In this document: in pieces, positions 29,121 to 37,908 of the stretch
Position numbering within the stretch: the stretch's first letter is position 1
Layout of the letters: the number at the start of each line of letters is the position of its first letter
Sequence record: OP123707.1
Strand: one strand, 5' to 3'
DNA length: 64,000 nt
The notes under the pieces: generated by a model
Seen by the model: only the letters and a program-made list of their open reading frames with translations
Database searches by the model: none
What the model was told of the DNA's origin: nothing
Translations under genes and position numbers: made by a program

Positions 29121-30632
29121 ATGAAACACATCCGACAAATCCTTTTAGATAAAGCTGCGTTAATTCGTATTTCGCTAGCCGAATCCAAAGGGGATGCCGC
29201 TGACATCGCGCTTACTAAGTCTCGGTTTGAAAACCTAACCAATGACGAAGTTGAGTATTTAAGCATTACGGAGTCCCCGACGATCTCTCGCCGTTTTATC
29301 GGTAAGATTCGTATTTCAGCTCGAGACAGTTTCGAGTTTGTCCAGAAGTGGTCTCCAGGTGATCTCGTGACCATTCTTAACACCGAAGGAACTACTGTCA
29401 TTCCTTCTTACGACAGTTTCGATGAGTTCGTTGCAGTCCCAGGAAAATATTTGGTCGAAGACATTAATGAATTGTGTCTGGTGGTTAAAGACGTTTCTAC
29501 GATTGAAGAGATTCAAGAACTCTTAGGTTTTGAATTCGAACCGGGTGAATTAGAGTTAAATCTGAAACACCTGAAAATCGATTCTCCGATCGTCGAAGGT
29601 ACCATGCCGATTAAAGAGCAAATTGCTACTCCAGACGGCACCGTGACTGATGGCTCTGCTATTGACGTGGTGGATGAAACCGGTGGAACCTTCATCATTC
29701 CTGCCAACCCGCACGCCAGTGAACAACCGATTACCATTGAACGTATAAACGTTCCGCCTCCTTTCAGTGACGAGATCAACAACAAAGCAAAAGGTCGTTT
29801 TGTTGGAGATCACCGTAACAATGAAGTTATTGAAGGTACCTTGGACGCTGAGAAGAAATGGAAACCGGATCTTAAGGTTAAACACCAAAAAGGTAAAAAA
29901 GTAAAACTTGAAGTTACCGTTGGTGTGGATGCTGATAAAGTAACTAACGAATATTCAGTGGAATACATTAATGAAAATTGGCGTATCGATGCATACAGTG
30001 TGGAAGCACCTGTTCGTCGTGTCGGTCATCCATTTGATTTAGTGGGTACGGTTATTGGTGATCTAGGCTCGACTCCATGGGGTGACGATACTACAGACCC
30101 AGGCATTTTCATAGAAGAGGCTGGAGAAGACGCGGTTGAGTTTGCGTTTGAACCAGACGATTCGTTCGACCTTGCACACATCCCTGTGGTTGAGGGTGAC
30201 ATGACGGTTCGTTTTGTTTGTGGTTTGACTCAAGACCTCAACTACTTCACTGAAACCTTCACGATCTTGGGCCCTCTCCAAGAAACTGATTTGACGTTCG
30301 GTGCTTTAGCGGTAGATCAAACTGAAGTGGAAGTATCCGTACCGGTGACGTTCACAACCACATTGCTTTCAAGCGATGGTCTGACTATGGAGTCGGCGGT
30401 TGTAGACGTGGTGGTGGATGGTGTAGTGTTGGGTCAAGTCTCCCCGGATGCAGAAGGTAACATCACCTACGTGTTATCTTCTTCAGACACTCCATCAACT
30501 TATGACGTTTTACTACGCCTTGGTGCACAGGAATCAAATGCAGTTACCCTAACTGTAGGTGGTGGTGGTGCTGAAGGTCCTACTGGTGTAGAGATTGAAG
30601 ACAACGGTCAAACGTCTATTTTAGTTGAATAA
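29121..30632 (+). CDS. Acidic virion-type protein with C-terminal Ig-like domains
   Basis: The N-terminal ~165 aa resembles 33024..33479. The C-terminal half has Ig-like strand patterns (APVRRVGHPFDL; QTEVEVSVPVTF..STYDVLL..SNAVTLTV). Confidence 0.65.
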   Translation: MKHIRQILLDKAALIRISLAESKGDAADIALTKSRFENLTNDEVEYLSITESPTISRRFIGKIRISARDSFEFVQKWSPGDLVTILNTEGTTVIPSYDSFDEFVAVPGKYLVEDINELCLVVKDVSTIEEIQELLGFEFEPGELELNLKHLKIDSPIVEGTMPIKEQIATPDGTVTDGSAIDVVDETGGTFIIPANPHASEQPITIERINVPPPFSDEINNKAKGRFVGDHRNNEVIEGTLDAEKKWKPDLKVKHQKGKKVKLEVTVGVDADKVTNEYSVEYINENWRIDAYSVEAPVRRVGHPFDLVGTVIGDLGSTPWGDDTTDPGIFIEEAGEDAVEFAFEPDDSFDLAHIPVVEGDMTVRFVCGLTQDLNYFTETFTILGPLQETDLTFGALAVDQTEVEVSVPVTFTTTLLSSDGLTMESAVVDVVVDGVVLGQVSPDAEGNITYVLSSSDTPSTYDVLLRLGAQESNAVTLTVGGGGAEGPTGVEIEDNGQTSILVE

Positions 30633-30719
30633 CAAAATCCCTAACGGGAACAGTGGTTTAAAAAGACTATAAGTAGAATAAGGTAGGAGGATAAAACCTC
30701 CTACCTTATTTATTTTAAA

Positions 30720-30731
30720 ACCTATATTACT
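30720..30731 (+). promoter_or_regulatory. Putative early promoter ACCTATATTACT
   Basis: Exact motif, immediately after the terminator ATAAGGTAGGAGG/CCTCCTACCTTAT (30678-30709). Confidence 0.75.
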
Positions 30732-30772
30732 TGAGTGTAAAGGACGTCAATTTACACTTTTGGGGAAGAAAC

Positions 30773-31531
30773 ATGACCAAACAACATCATGAATTTTGTA
30801 GTGATTTTAAAGAGTTAATGGTTTCTTTATCGTGGCTAGGGCAGTTAGTGAGCTATGTTAAGGAATTCGGTGCTTATGAAGATCAACGTCTCTTAGTAAC
30901 CGACAACATCGCATTCGGCATCCATTATGAACCTTATGGTGCGCATTATTTTTATTTGGACGAACAAGGAATAAGAACTGAAATCGTACTGAATAAAAAT
31001 GGACGTGTTCCGTTGGTTAAGGTGATTACGGGATTACGAGAATTACTCGTTGGCAATCCAGAGTTATTCCGTTTGATGGTGGAGAATGCACAGGGCTTAA
31101 AGTACATCATCAAAAAGCAGTACGCAGAACTGATGCGTGAACACAGTGAAGATCTTTCTGACCGTTTGTTGTCCTTTGGTTTTTCGGATTACAAAAAGGT
31201 CGTAGAAACCGATCTGGTGACGAGTTCCCGTGACTGGGTAACATTATGGGCTTGGTTCTTTACTCGCCCGTATATCGCCGCACAGTTCGGATTAGGGCAT
31301 GATGAGTCCATTACGTTAGGTGTCTCAACTACCCAACCACGGACCCGATACTACCGAGAGTGTAAAGTGAACTTAATGCGAGGCGATATGGATCATTACT
31401 ATATCACATTGCATTTCGAAACGCTCAAGAGTACCGAGACCGCCATTCTTTACCGCCACCTAGAACCGTCCTTCTGGTCGGATAACGAAGTGGAAACTAT
31501 CCAACTTATCAAAAGCATTTGTAAAGGTTAA
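30773..31531 (+). CDS. Hypothetical protein (early)
   Basis: ATG 30773 with GGGGAAG RBS; the track's TTG start lies within the promoter. Confidence 0.7.
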   Translation: MTKQHHEFCSDFKELMVSLSWLGQLVSYVKEFGAYEDQRLLVTDNIAFGIHYEPYGAHYFYLDEQGIRTEIVLNKNGRVPLVKVITGLRELLVGNPELFRLMVENAQGLKYIIKKQYAELMREHSEDLSDRLLSFGFSDYKKVVETDLVTSSRDWVTLWAWFFTRPYIAAQFGLGHDESITLGVSTTQPRTRYYRECKVNLMRGDMDHYYITLHFETLKSTETAILYRHLEPSFWSDNEVETIQLIKSICKG

Positions 31532-31579
31532 GCGCTAAGGTTGTCGAAAGACAACCTTAGCCTACCACTAGGAGCTATC

Positions 31580-32614
31580 ATGGAAATTTTATCTAAAGTT
31601 ATTACTACCACTCTTGACGAATTGGACGAACAAGTCAAACCGTTTTTAATTGACAAAGAGTCCTTACACGAGTTCGGGGCAATCGATCACGTTCAGTGGC
31701 GATTTAAGTATTACCCTAAAACGGACATTGAACGTCAGTACACCAATCTGGATACCCACTACGACATCGATGATCAAGAACTCGATATCTTCGCTGGGTC
31801 TTTCCCTTTACGCATTGTGACTCGTTACGTGAGTGTGCAATCTCTGGCGGACTGGATCCCAAAGAGTCGTACCGCACCTTGGCTGGATGCGTATTTGGAT
31901 TACGCGGTGACCATGAAACAGATTTGTGATGTCATGGCAAAACTGGGACCGTTGGATGAACCATTGAAATACGAACTGAATCTGCACGGGTTTGTGAGTA
32001 TCGTGTTCAAACGTACCGCCGAAGGACGATTCCAAAACATCTTCCGCCCAACGCCATTAGTGAACTTGCTTTCACAATATGACGTGGAAAGAGGTTCTAT
32101 GTACCCTAGGAGGATAGCGGACTGGTTCCGATTGAATCCTGGGTTGGGTCGTGAGGTTGTTCTAGAGCTCCGTAAACAGTTCTTTTTATTGGAAGGTGTC
32201 GTAGCTGAAGAATATCGCGCTCCTAAAGCGTTGAGAGCGATGTTTGAGTTATTTAAAGGTAATGACTCACAGAAATACATGTCGACGTATGGGCACCTTC
32301 CTGCGCCTCGTATGGCATCGTCTCACCGTGGGGTAAAATACATTTGTGGGGTCGAGCGTCGGGATTACGATTTGGTCGTTTATGTGCGTTCAGATAAAGA
32401 GGATCTTTGGACGTTCAACATGAGCACTATGGAGTGGGACTACCCGTCGTCACAGCTCTTACCATCGGACTACTTATTTATCCAGAATTTAACTCACGTT
32501 TGTTTTGGGCATTACTTAAACCAATCCGAGGCTGAACCGATTCGTAAAGTTCAGCTTGCCCGTCAATTCAAAGATTTTATGATCTCACCAACAGAAGGAA
32601 ATGATCGTGTATAA
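31580..32614 (+). CDS. Hypothetical protein
   Basis: AGGAG RBS before ATG 31580. Confidence 0.7.
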   Translation: MEILSKVITTTLDELDEQVKPFLIDKESLHEFGAIDHVQWRFKYYPKTDIERQYTNLDTHYDIDDQELDIFAGSFPLRIVTRYVSVQSLADWIPKSRTAPWLDAYLDYAVTMKQICDVMAKLGPLDEPLKYELNLHGFVSIVFKRTAEGRFQNIFRPTPLVNLLSQYDVERGSMYPRRIADWFRLNPGLGREVVLELRKQFFLLEGVVAEEYRAPKALRAMFELFKGNDSQKYMSTYGHLPAPRMASSHRGVKYICGVERRDYDLVVYVRSDKEDLWTFNMSTMEWDYPSSQLLPSDYLFIQNLTHVCFGHYLNQSEAEPIRKVQLARQFKDFMISPTEGNDRV

Positions 32615-32936
32615 ACAAGATTTAGAGATTTACCGTGGAAACGTTGATACCTTTGGCACTCGTCCAACTGGAAAATACTTTCATGTGGACAAACATGAAG
32701 TGTTGATGATCACTCGTATGTGTGATGAGTCGGGGGAAGATAACCTACCTCCGGTAGAAGACGACAAACTCCCTAAACATTTGCAAGAGTTCTTTGGTCA
32801 AGTGAAAGAAGTCTTTGAATGTGAAGATGTGTTAGACATGGTTGGTGTTGCTCCTAACGACGCACCATTCGATCACATGTGGGTGTTGGGTGACTACGTT
32901 GTTTGTCTCAACGTTAAACCATTAAGCGATAAATAA
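32601..32936 (+). CDS. Hypothetical protein
   Basis: GAAGGA RBS; overlaps the previous gene end. Confidence 0.7.
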   Translation: MIVYKQDLEIYRGNVDTFGTRPTGKYFHVDKHEVLMITRMCDESGEDNLPPVEDDKLPKHLQEFFGQVKEVFECEDVLDMVGVAPNDAPFDHMWVLGDYVVCLNVKPLSDK

Positions 32937-33023
32937 GTTTTTACTCCGTGTACCGATTTTATTGATCGAAAAACTTCACTTCTCACAAACAGAAAATCAA
33001 TAAAAATCAATAAGGTACACATT

Positions 33024-33479
33024 ATGAAAACTTCTTTAGTAACAGCAATTCAAGGTCTGGTTAGTAAGCAGCAACCTGAAGTATTGGAAGGTGACTTCAA
33101 TGTCGACCTAGACACAATACAACAGAACTGCGACTACCCGGACCGTTTTACTGCTGAAGGGTTCTTAAACGGTAAACGTATTCCGTTGGCTTGGAAACGT
33201 GTTAGCTTCACGGCTCTGTTAAACTCTGTTTCACAAGGCTTTGTTGCTCGTGATGACGCGGACCAGGAAGGTGTGTTTTATGATGGTAAGATCATGCACC
33301 ACTACATCGCTGTTCGCCCTAACCACAACCTGGACGACGTTAACCGCATCTTAGGATCCCAATTTACAAAAGACCAATTGCTCTTTAAACCGGAGCGAAT
33401 GGAAGGACGATGGGTATTAGACCACCCATGTTACTACGGACGTATATTTACTCAAGTCTTGCTTCCTAAAGCGAGCTAG
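33024..33479 (+). CDS. Stand-alone paralogue of the N-terminal domain of 29121..30632 (probable virion protein)
   Basis: WKRVSFTALLNS vs WSPGDLVTILNT; AVRPNHNLDDVNRILGSQFTKDQL..LDHPCYYGRI vs VVKDVSTIEEIQELLGFEFEPGEL..IDSPIVEGTM. Confidence 0.6.
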   Translation: MKTSLVTAIQGLVSKQQPEVLEGDFNVDLDTIQQNCDYPDRFTAEGFLNGKRIPLAWKRVSFTALLNSVSQGFVARDDADQEGVFYDGKIMHHYIAVRPNHNLDDVNRILGSQFTKDQLLFKPERMEGRWVLDHPCYYGRIFTQVLLPKAS

Positions 33480-33499
33480 CTATGTAAGGTTTTACAACC

Positions 33500-34021
33500 A
33501 TGAAACAAGAACAAATATTCAATAAAGTGGTTTCAGATTTCAGCGCAGGCGTGTTAGGTTTCCGTAATGGTAATCAGACACAGGCTTTAAACAACATCGC
33601 CAATCATCTTCGATCGGCACGCCATGGGCTACGACGCAGCATTCAACCTATGGCAGGTAAACAACCTCTTACGGTGAGCAATTACTTGGAGATCTCGATT
33701 GACCTTAAGTCTTTTCGTACGGATCTTTGCAGTAAGCTGTCGCTAGGTGAGGGTGTTAACCTTCGTGAGTTACCAATCAAATCTCCACTTACTGAAGTCT
33801 TGCGTGAAGACTACTTCCGACACGTTTGCATTGAAGCTTATCGTAAAGCTAAACGCGAAGAAGAACACTACTTTACGGGAGAGACGTTGCATGAGCGTTT
33901 TATCGACGAGCTCAACAACCAACTCCCAGAAGGTGCACGCTTGGGCTTAAGTGGTTCGATCCATCGCCCTCATACTCCACACACCAGTTTCGTATTGAAG
34001 CTGACTGATCTCGTGGAGTAA
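33500..34021 (+). CDS. Hypothetical protein
   Basis: 173-aa ORF with AAGG RBS, co-directional cluster. Confidence 0.65.
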   Translation: MKQEQIFNKVVSDFSAGVLGFRNGNQTQALNNIANHLRSARHGLRRSIQPMAGKQPLTVSNYLEISIDLKSFRTDLCSKLSLGEGVNLRELPIKSPLTEVLREDYFRHVCIEAYRKAKREEEHYFTGETLHERFIDELNNQLPEGARLGLSGSIHRPHTPHTSFVLKLTDLVE

Positions 34022-34025
34022 GCTT

Positions 34026-34514
34026 ATGAACACCAATCTTTCAATTGATCTCGGAATCGAGGAAGGAGATTCCACGAAGTACGAAGTCGGTCAGTATTGG
34101 TGTGTCGTAAAAAGAGCAGGTGGTCAATTGACCGGAACGGTTGGTTCCTCTGGAAAGGGGAACCAGCTTACTAAATCTATTGCTTTTTCAATATTTCGTC
34201 CTGTTAGCGACGATGACCTCATAGCGGTATATAGTGAGTGGCTAACAAACGTCAAGTTGTACTACACACACTCAAAGCGAACGTATCGATTCGTTTTAAC
34301 TGTACTCAAGGCTTTACTTTCCAATTACACCCAACGCATTTGGCCTATCGTTTATCGTAATCGCAGCACCTCATTGTTGTTAACCGATAATCGCATGGTG
34401 ACCATCAAAATAGATGGACAACGTCCAACCTCGATGGCACTCGAACACTGGAATCCAGCTATACTGGAACATCGCTTATTCCCCTACGCCAAATTAAAAC
34501 AAACTCTTATTTAA
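34026..34514 (+). CDS. Hypothetical protein
   Basis: 162-aa ORF, 4 nt after the previous stop. Confidence 0.65.
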   Translation: MNTNLSIDLGIEEGDSTKYEVGQYWCVVKRAGGQLTGTVGSSGKGNQLTKSIAFSIFRPVSDDDLIAVYSEWLTNVKLYYTHSKRTYRFVLTVLKALLSNYTQRIWPIVYRNRSTSLLLTDNRMVTIKIDGQRPTSMALEHWNPAILEHRLFPYAKLKQTLI

Positions 34515-34524
34515 GGAATTTCCC

Positions 34525-35046
34525 ATGACAAACATTATTGAAACTATCGAACCTTTTGTAGGTCGCACCTTTATGTACTCCACCATGACTGAGTCTTCTA
34601 TCTCTGCTCATTATGATGGTCACAAAGCCCACCTAATGATCCAGATGGATGACGGGAAAACAGTCCGTACGATTCGTCGCCAATATTCCCGCAAGTTCCT
34701 AGACCAGTTCGCTGGCTTTGGTAAATGGAACGAAAACAATTTAACTCAAGTCTTGTTAGGGATTTACATTCTGGATCCTAAGGGTCTTTACCAATTAACT
34801 CGAGCGCCTCGTGAATGTTTATCAGCACTCATCGATACGTATCGTAAAGACTTCATGTTGACAGGCACGCTGTTCTACATGACCCTCGAACTCACCAAGG
34901 ACACATTGAAAGTCACCAGTCAACGTCAACCAGATATTTATATACAAACTCGCAGCATTAAAGAAGTCACTAAAACCACGTACGCTCCAGTGATGACGCT
35001 GGGGTTTAATCATACTCCTCGTCGTCGTGTTCACGTGGAAGCATAA
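34525..35046 (+). CDS. Hypothetical protein
   Basis: 173-aa ORF with AAGGA RBS. Confidence 0.65.
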   Translation: MTNIIETIEPFVGRTFMYSTMTESSISAHYDGHKAHLMIQMDDGKTVRTIRRQYSRKFLDQFAGFGKWNENNLTQVLLGIYILDPKGLYQLTRAPRECLSALIDTYRKDFMLTGTLFYMTLELTKDTLKVTSQRQPDIYIQTRSIKEVTKTTYAPVMTLGFNHTPRRRVHVEA

Positions 35047-35047
35047 A

Positions 35048-35079
35048 TAACTACCCCTCCTTAACAGGAGGGGTAGTTA
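35048..35079. terminator. Bidirectional terminator
   Basis: TAACTACCCCTCCT/AGGAGGGGTAGTTA stem between convergent genes. Confidence 0.8.
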
Positions 35080-35098
35080 CTTTCATTTCTTTATTTTT

Positions 35099-37864
35099 TT
35101 AGAACAAGTCCATGAGTGCTTTAACCGTCACCGCTTTCATTGGAACTTGTTTGACTTCTTCCCACAAATCGAAGTTTTCGTCAAACAGATCTTCCATGCC
35201 AGCCACACCTACCATGGTAATGTCATCACCGTGTTGTACCGACATGATCTCCGCCACTTGTTGTTTACTCCATTCCATGATGTCGAGGTTACGCCCAGTG
35301 ACGTTTTCACGACCTTGGGTATCGAGTTCAAAGATGTAAGCGAACGTAGGGGCTGTTTGTCCTTGACGGTGTACACGCGCAATGGTTTGAGTCAAGATGT
35401 ACTCACGCCACGGTGCGTTCATACACAACACTTGGTTCGCCATCAATAGAGGATAGCCTGTAGATAGAGATTTGAACGTAGTGATCAATGGGTTCTTACG
35501 GTCACTGACTTCAAACTCTTTGACCAGCTTATCACGTTCATTGGTGTTATCACCGTGAATGAAGATGGTGTCGTAACCTTGTTGGGTTAAGTGGTCATCA
35601 CATTCGTAGACGACGTCAATGTGATCGGTAAAGATCAAAGTCTTTTTCTCAACGTGATCAATATACTTCGGTAAGTCCGCGTATTCCACTAAAGCTTTTA
35701 CGGCTTCGATGCGGGCTTTACCCAATACGTTACCCAACGCTTCCCCTTGGATCTTCAGACCAACGTACTTCACGATAGACTTCGCATTACGGAAATGTTT
35801 GCGCTCTTTAGGCGGCATCCATTCTTCAATGTCCAGTTCAATTTTCTTAGCACGTTTGGAGAGCTCCGAATCCGTGAAGTTGTTGTACCCATCACGACGG
35901 AACTTGTTGACGATGCGCAGATACTCGTCCAATTCGTTCAACGCTTGTTGATCGTTGCGTTTGGTTAAGTAAAGGCGATAGTCGTCAATGATCCCGTTGA
36001 AGTAAGTTATGAACTTATCCATGTTGTTGGAGTAATACGTGTAACGGTCTTGGATGTAGGTTCGCATCTGATTACGGACCGCATCTAAGGTGAAGTGTTC
36101 CGCATGTGGGACTTTCACTTTAATGCGTTCAGCGGGAGGTGCTTCCCCTAATCCATCCAAAACCGCAATGGTGTATTTCTCTGCACCGATACGGTGAGCG
36201 AGCAATTCATTCAACTTATCACGAGAGCGCCCGTAACCGTCCAGGAAGGCTTTTCTGACATTACCTTTAAAGAAGGCATCGATTAAGCAGAACACCGCGT
36301 AGGATTCCTTACCGAGCCCTTTGATCGGGGTACCAGACATTGGAAGGGTGTCGGTGAACCCGTGTTCTTCATTGAACTGAATGAGTTTCTTCGTACGCTT
36401 AGAGTTTGGATCGTTGAAGTTATGACACTCATCGATGATCATTTTCAGAGCTGGGTTCCCACGGTTCCAGTCGGCGATCTGACGCATGTACTTATCGGCT
36501 CGTGGATCCAACATGAACTCGTAGTGGAAGAAGTAGTATTCATCGTCCTTAGCTGGCGGACGTTCCATCTTAGAGTTCCAGAACTTCGGTGGCTTTACCC
36601 ACACTTCATGTTTGATGTTGTTGGTCATGTGGTTTGACCAAACTTCATCAATTACGTTCAGTGGAACAAACGCCACGGTCTTTCCTTTAGGAAGGGATTC
36701 CGACCACATCAATGACAACGCCGTATTGTGAGTTACGATGTAATCATCGGTGATGTACAAATGCTCAGGATGGTCCACCATGATGCATTGGGTTAGTTCT
36801 TGATCCACGACTTCAATGGATTCGATCTTAAGACGATTAAACCCAAAGTGGGCTTCCACTAACCAACGATCGCCAGATGGGAAGATACGACACTGATGTC
36901 CCAGACCACGAGTAATGTCAACAATTAGACGTGCTAAACGTTCGTCGTTAAAATACCCGTGGCACTTTCCAGGTTCCAAAATACCGCGAACCCAAGAGTA
37001 CAGTTCGTCGTTAGTACACTTGTGATGGAACTCAGGGTCGTAATGAATCCCACCGACTCGCAACATCATGCCTTGATTGTACCAACTCGGAATGAGGTCT
37101 TCTGGTATCGTATGTTCGATCATTGGAATGTAGTACGTGGTATCCTGCATAGTGTCCATGATTTCATGGGTTTCTTTAACTGACCACTCTTTCCCATCGT
37201 ATACCTTCCACAGGTGCTCTGGGTTACACTTGGTCTTACGACCATCACGGAACGTAATCTCGACAACATCTGTTACGCCTTGTGGGTAAACACCCAGTAC
37301 CGTTGTATAACCACCGTCTGGAGTCTCTAGGACCTTACCCGGGCGCATGTTACCCATAGTCTCCCAGCCACCAGGAACTTTGATCTTAGCTGTTAACGGT
37401 TGCGCTTTACCCGATCCTGCTCGACCATCCAACAGCAATCCTTTTAGATGGTAAGATGCTTTACGTGCTGGATAGGTTTCTAAGAAACGCAACTGAGGTT
37501 CTAGGGGCTTCAGTTTAACACGTTGTTGCATCTGCTTCAGGTTAAACGTAGAGATCGCTGGAACGATGGTATCACGAATCCACGTTTCTTGTTGGATTAA
37601 CTCTTTGACTTTCACCAACTCACGACGATTAGTTCGGGTAGTTTTTAACTGAAGTAATTTAGTTATTAGGTGATTAAGCTCCAATAGGAAAAATGACTTA
37701 ACTTCGAACTTACGAGAATTAATGCGAGTCAACATGTATTTCGTTACGGTAGTGGTTCCGTAAAGTCTTACGATGTCTTGTTCTAGGTGACGCCATGAAA
37801 CGCCACTGATAATTGCTCTACGGTCGTCGACTTCAATAGACGGTCCGAATAAACCACTAAACAT
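35099..37864 (-). CDS. SF2 (SNF2/DEAD-like) helicase, intein-containing (phiKZ gp75-like)
   Basis: Walker A GRAGSGK|T split by the intein; IIDECHN, MSGTP, IHGD, QTIARVHRQGQ. Confidence 0.88.
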   Translation of the reverse strand: MFSGLFGPSIEVDDRRAIISGVSWRHLEQDIVRLYGTTTVTKYMLTRINSRKFEVKSFFLLELNHLITKLLQLKTTRTNRRELVKVKELIQQETWIRDTIVPAISTFNLKQMQQRVKLKPLEPQLRFLETYPARKASYHLKGLLLDGRAGSGKAQPLTAKIKVPGGWETMGNMRPGKVLETPDGGYTTVLGVYPQGVTDVVEITFRDGRKTKCNPEHLWKVYDGKEWSVKETHEIMDTMQDTTYYIPMIEHTIPEDLIPSWYNQGMMLRVGGIHYDPEFHHKCTNDELYSWVRGILEPGKCHGYFNDERLARLIVDITRGLGHQCRIFPSGDRWLVEAHFGFNRLKIESIEVVDQELTQCIMVDHPEHLYITDDYIVTHNTALSLMWSESLPKGKTVAFVPLNVIDEVWSNHMTNNIKHEVWVKPPKFWNSKMERPPAKDDEYYFFHYEFMLDPRADKYMRQIADWNRGNPALKMIIDECHNFNDPNSKRTKKLIQFNEEHGFTDTLPMSGTPIKGLGKESYAVFCLIDAFFKGNVRKAFLDGYGRSRDKLNELLAHRIGAEKYTIAVLDGLGEAPPAERIKVKVPHAEHFTLDAVRNQMRTYIQDRYTYYSNNMDKFITYFNGIIDDYRLYLTKRNDQQALNELDEYLRIVNKFRRDGYNNFTDSELSKRAKKIELDIEEWMPPKERKHFRNAKSIVKYVGLKIQGEALGNVLGKARIEAVKALVEYADLPKYIDHVEKKTLIFTDHIDVVYECDDHLTQQGYDTIFIHGDNTNERDKLVKEFEVSDRKNPLITTFKSLSTGYPLLMANQVLCMNAPWREYILTQTIARVHRQGQTAPTFAYIFELDTQGRENVTGRNLDIMEWSKQQVAEIMSVQHGDDITMVGVAGMEDLFDENFDLWEEVKQVPMKAVTVKALMDLF
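36725..37405 (-). mobile_element. Class 3 mini-intein (227 aa) with degenerate LAGLIDADG remnant
   Basis: Starts AQPLTAKI after Walker A Lys153. Block B CNPEHLW, block F TQCIMV, block G IVTHN, +1 Thr. Confidence 0.88.
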
Positions 37865-37908
37865 ACATACCTCTTATTTAGATTATTAAAAGTGAAAAGG
37901 AAACAATA

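Noticed and set aside
30590-30660. Possible programmed frameshift or readthrough extending 29121..30632
   Set aside because: No X XXY YYZ heptamer near the stop; an in-frame TAA follows four codons later and a terminator is close.
30633-30700. CTAACGGGAA and AAGACTATA after the Ig gene faintly resemble group I intron P and R elements
   Set aside because: Only ~70 nt before a terminator; no Q/S elements, P7 pairing or downstream exon.
36900-37150. Active homing endonuclease in the intein
   Set aside because: The region is far too short and both LAGLIDADG motifs lack the catalytic acidic residues; only remnants are left.
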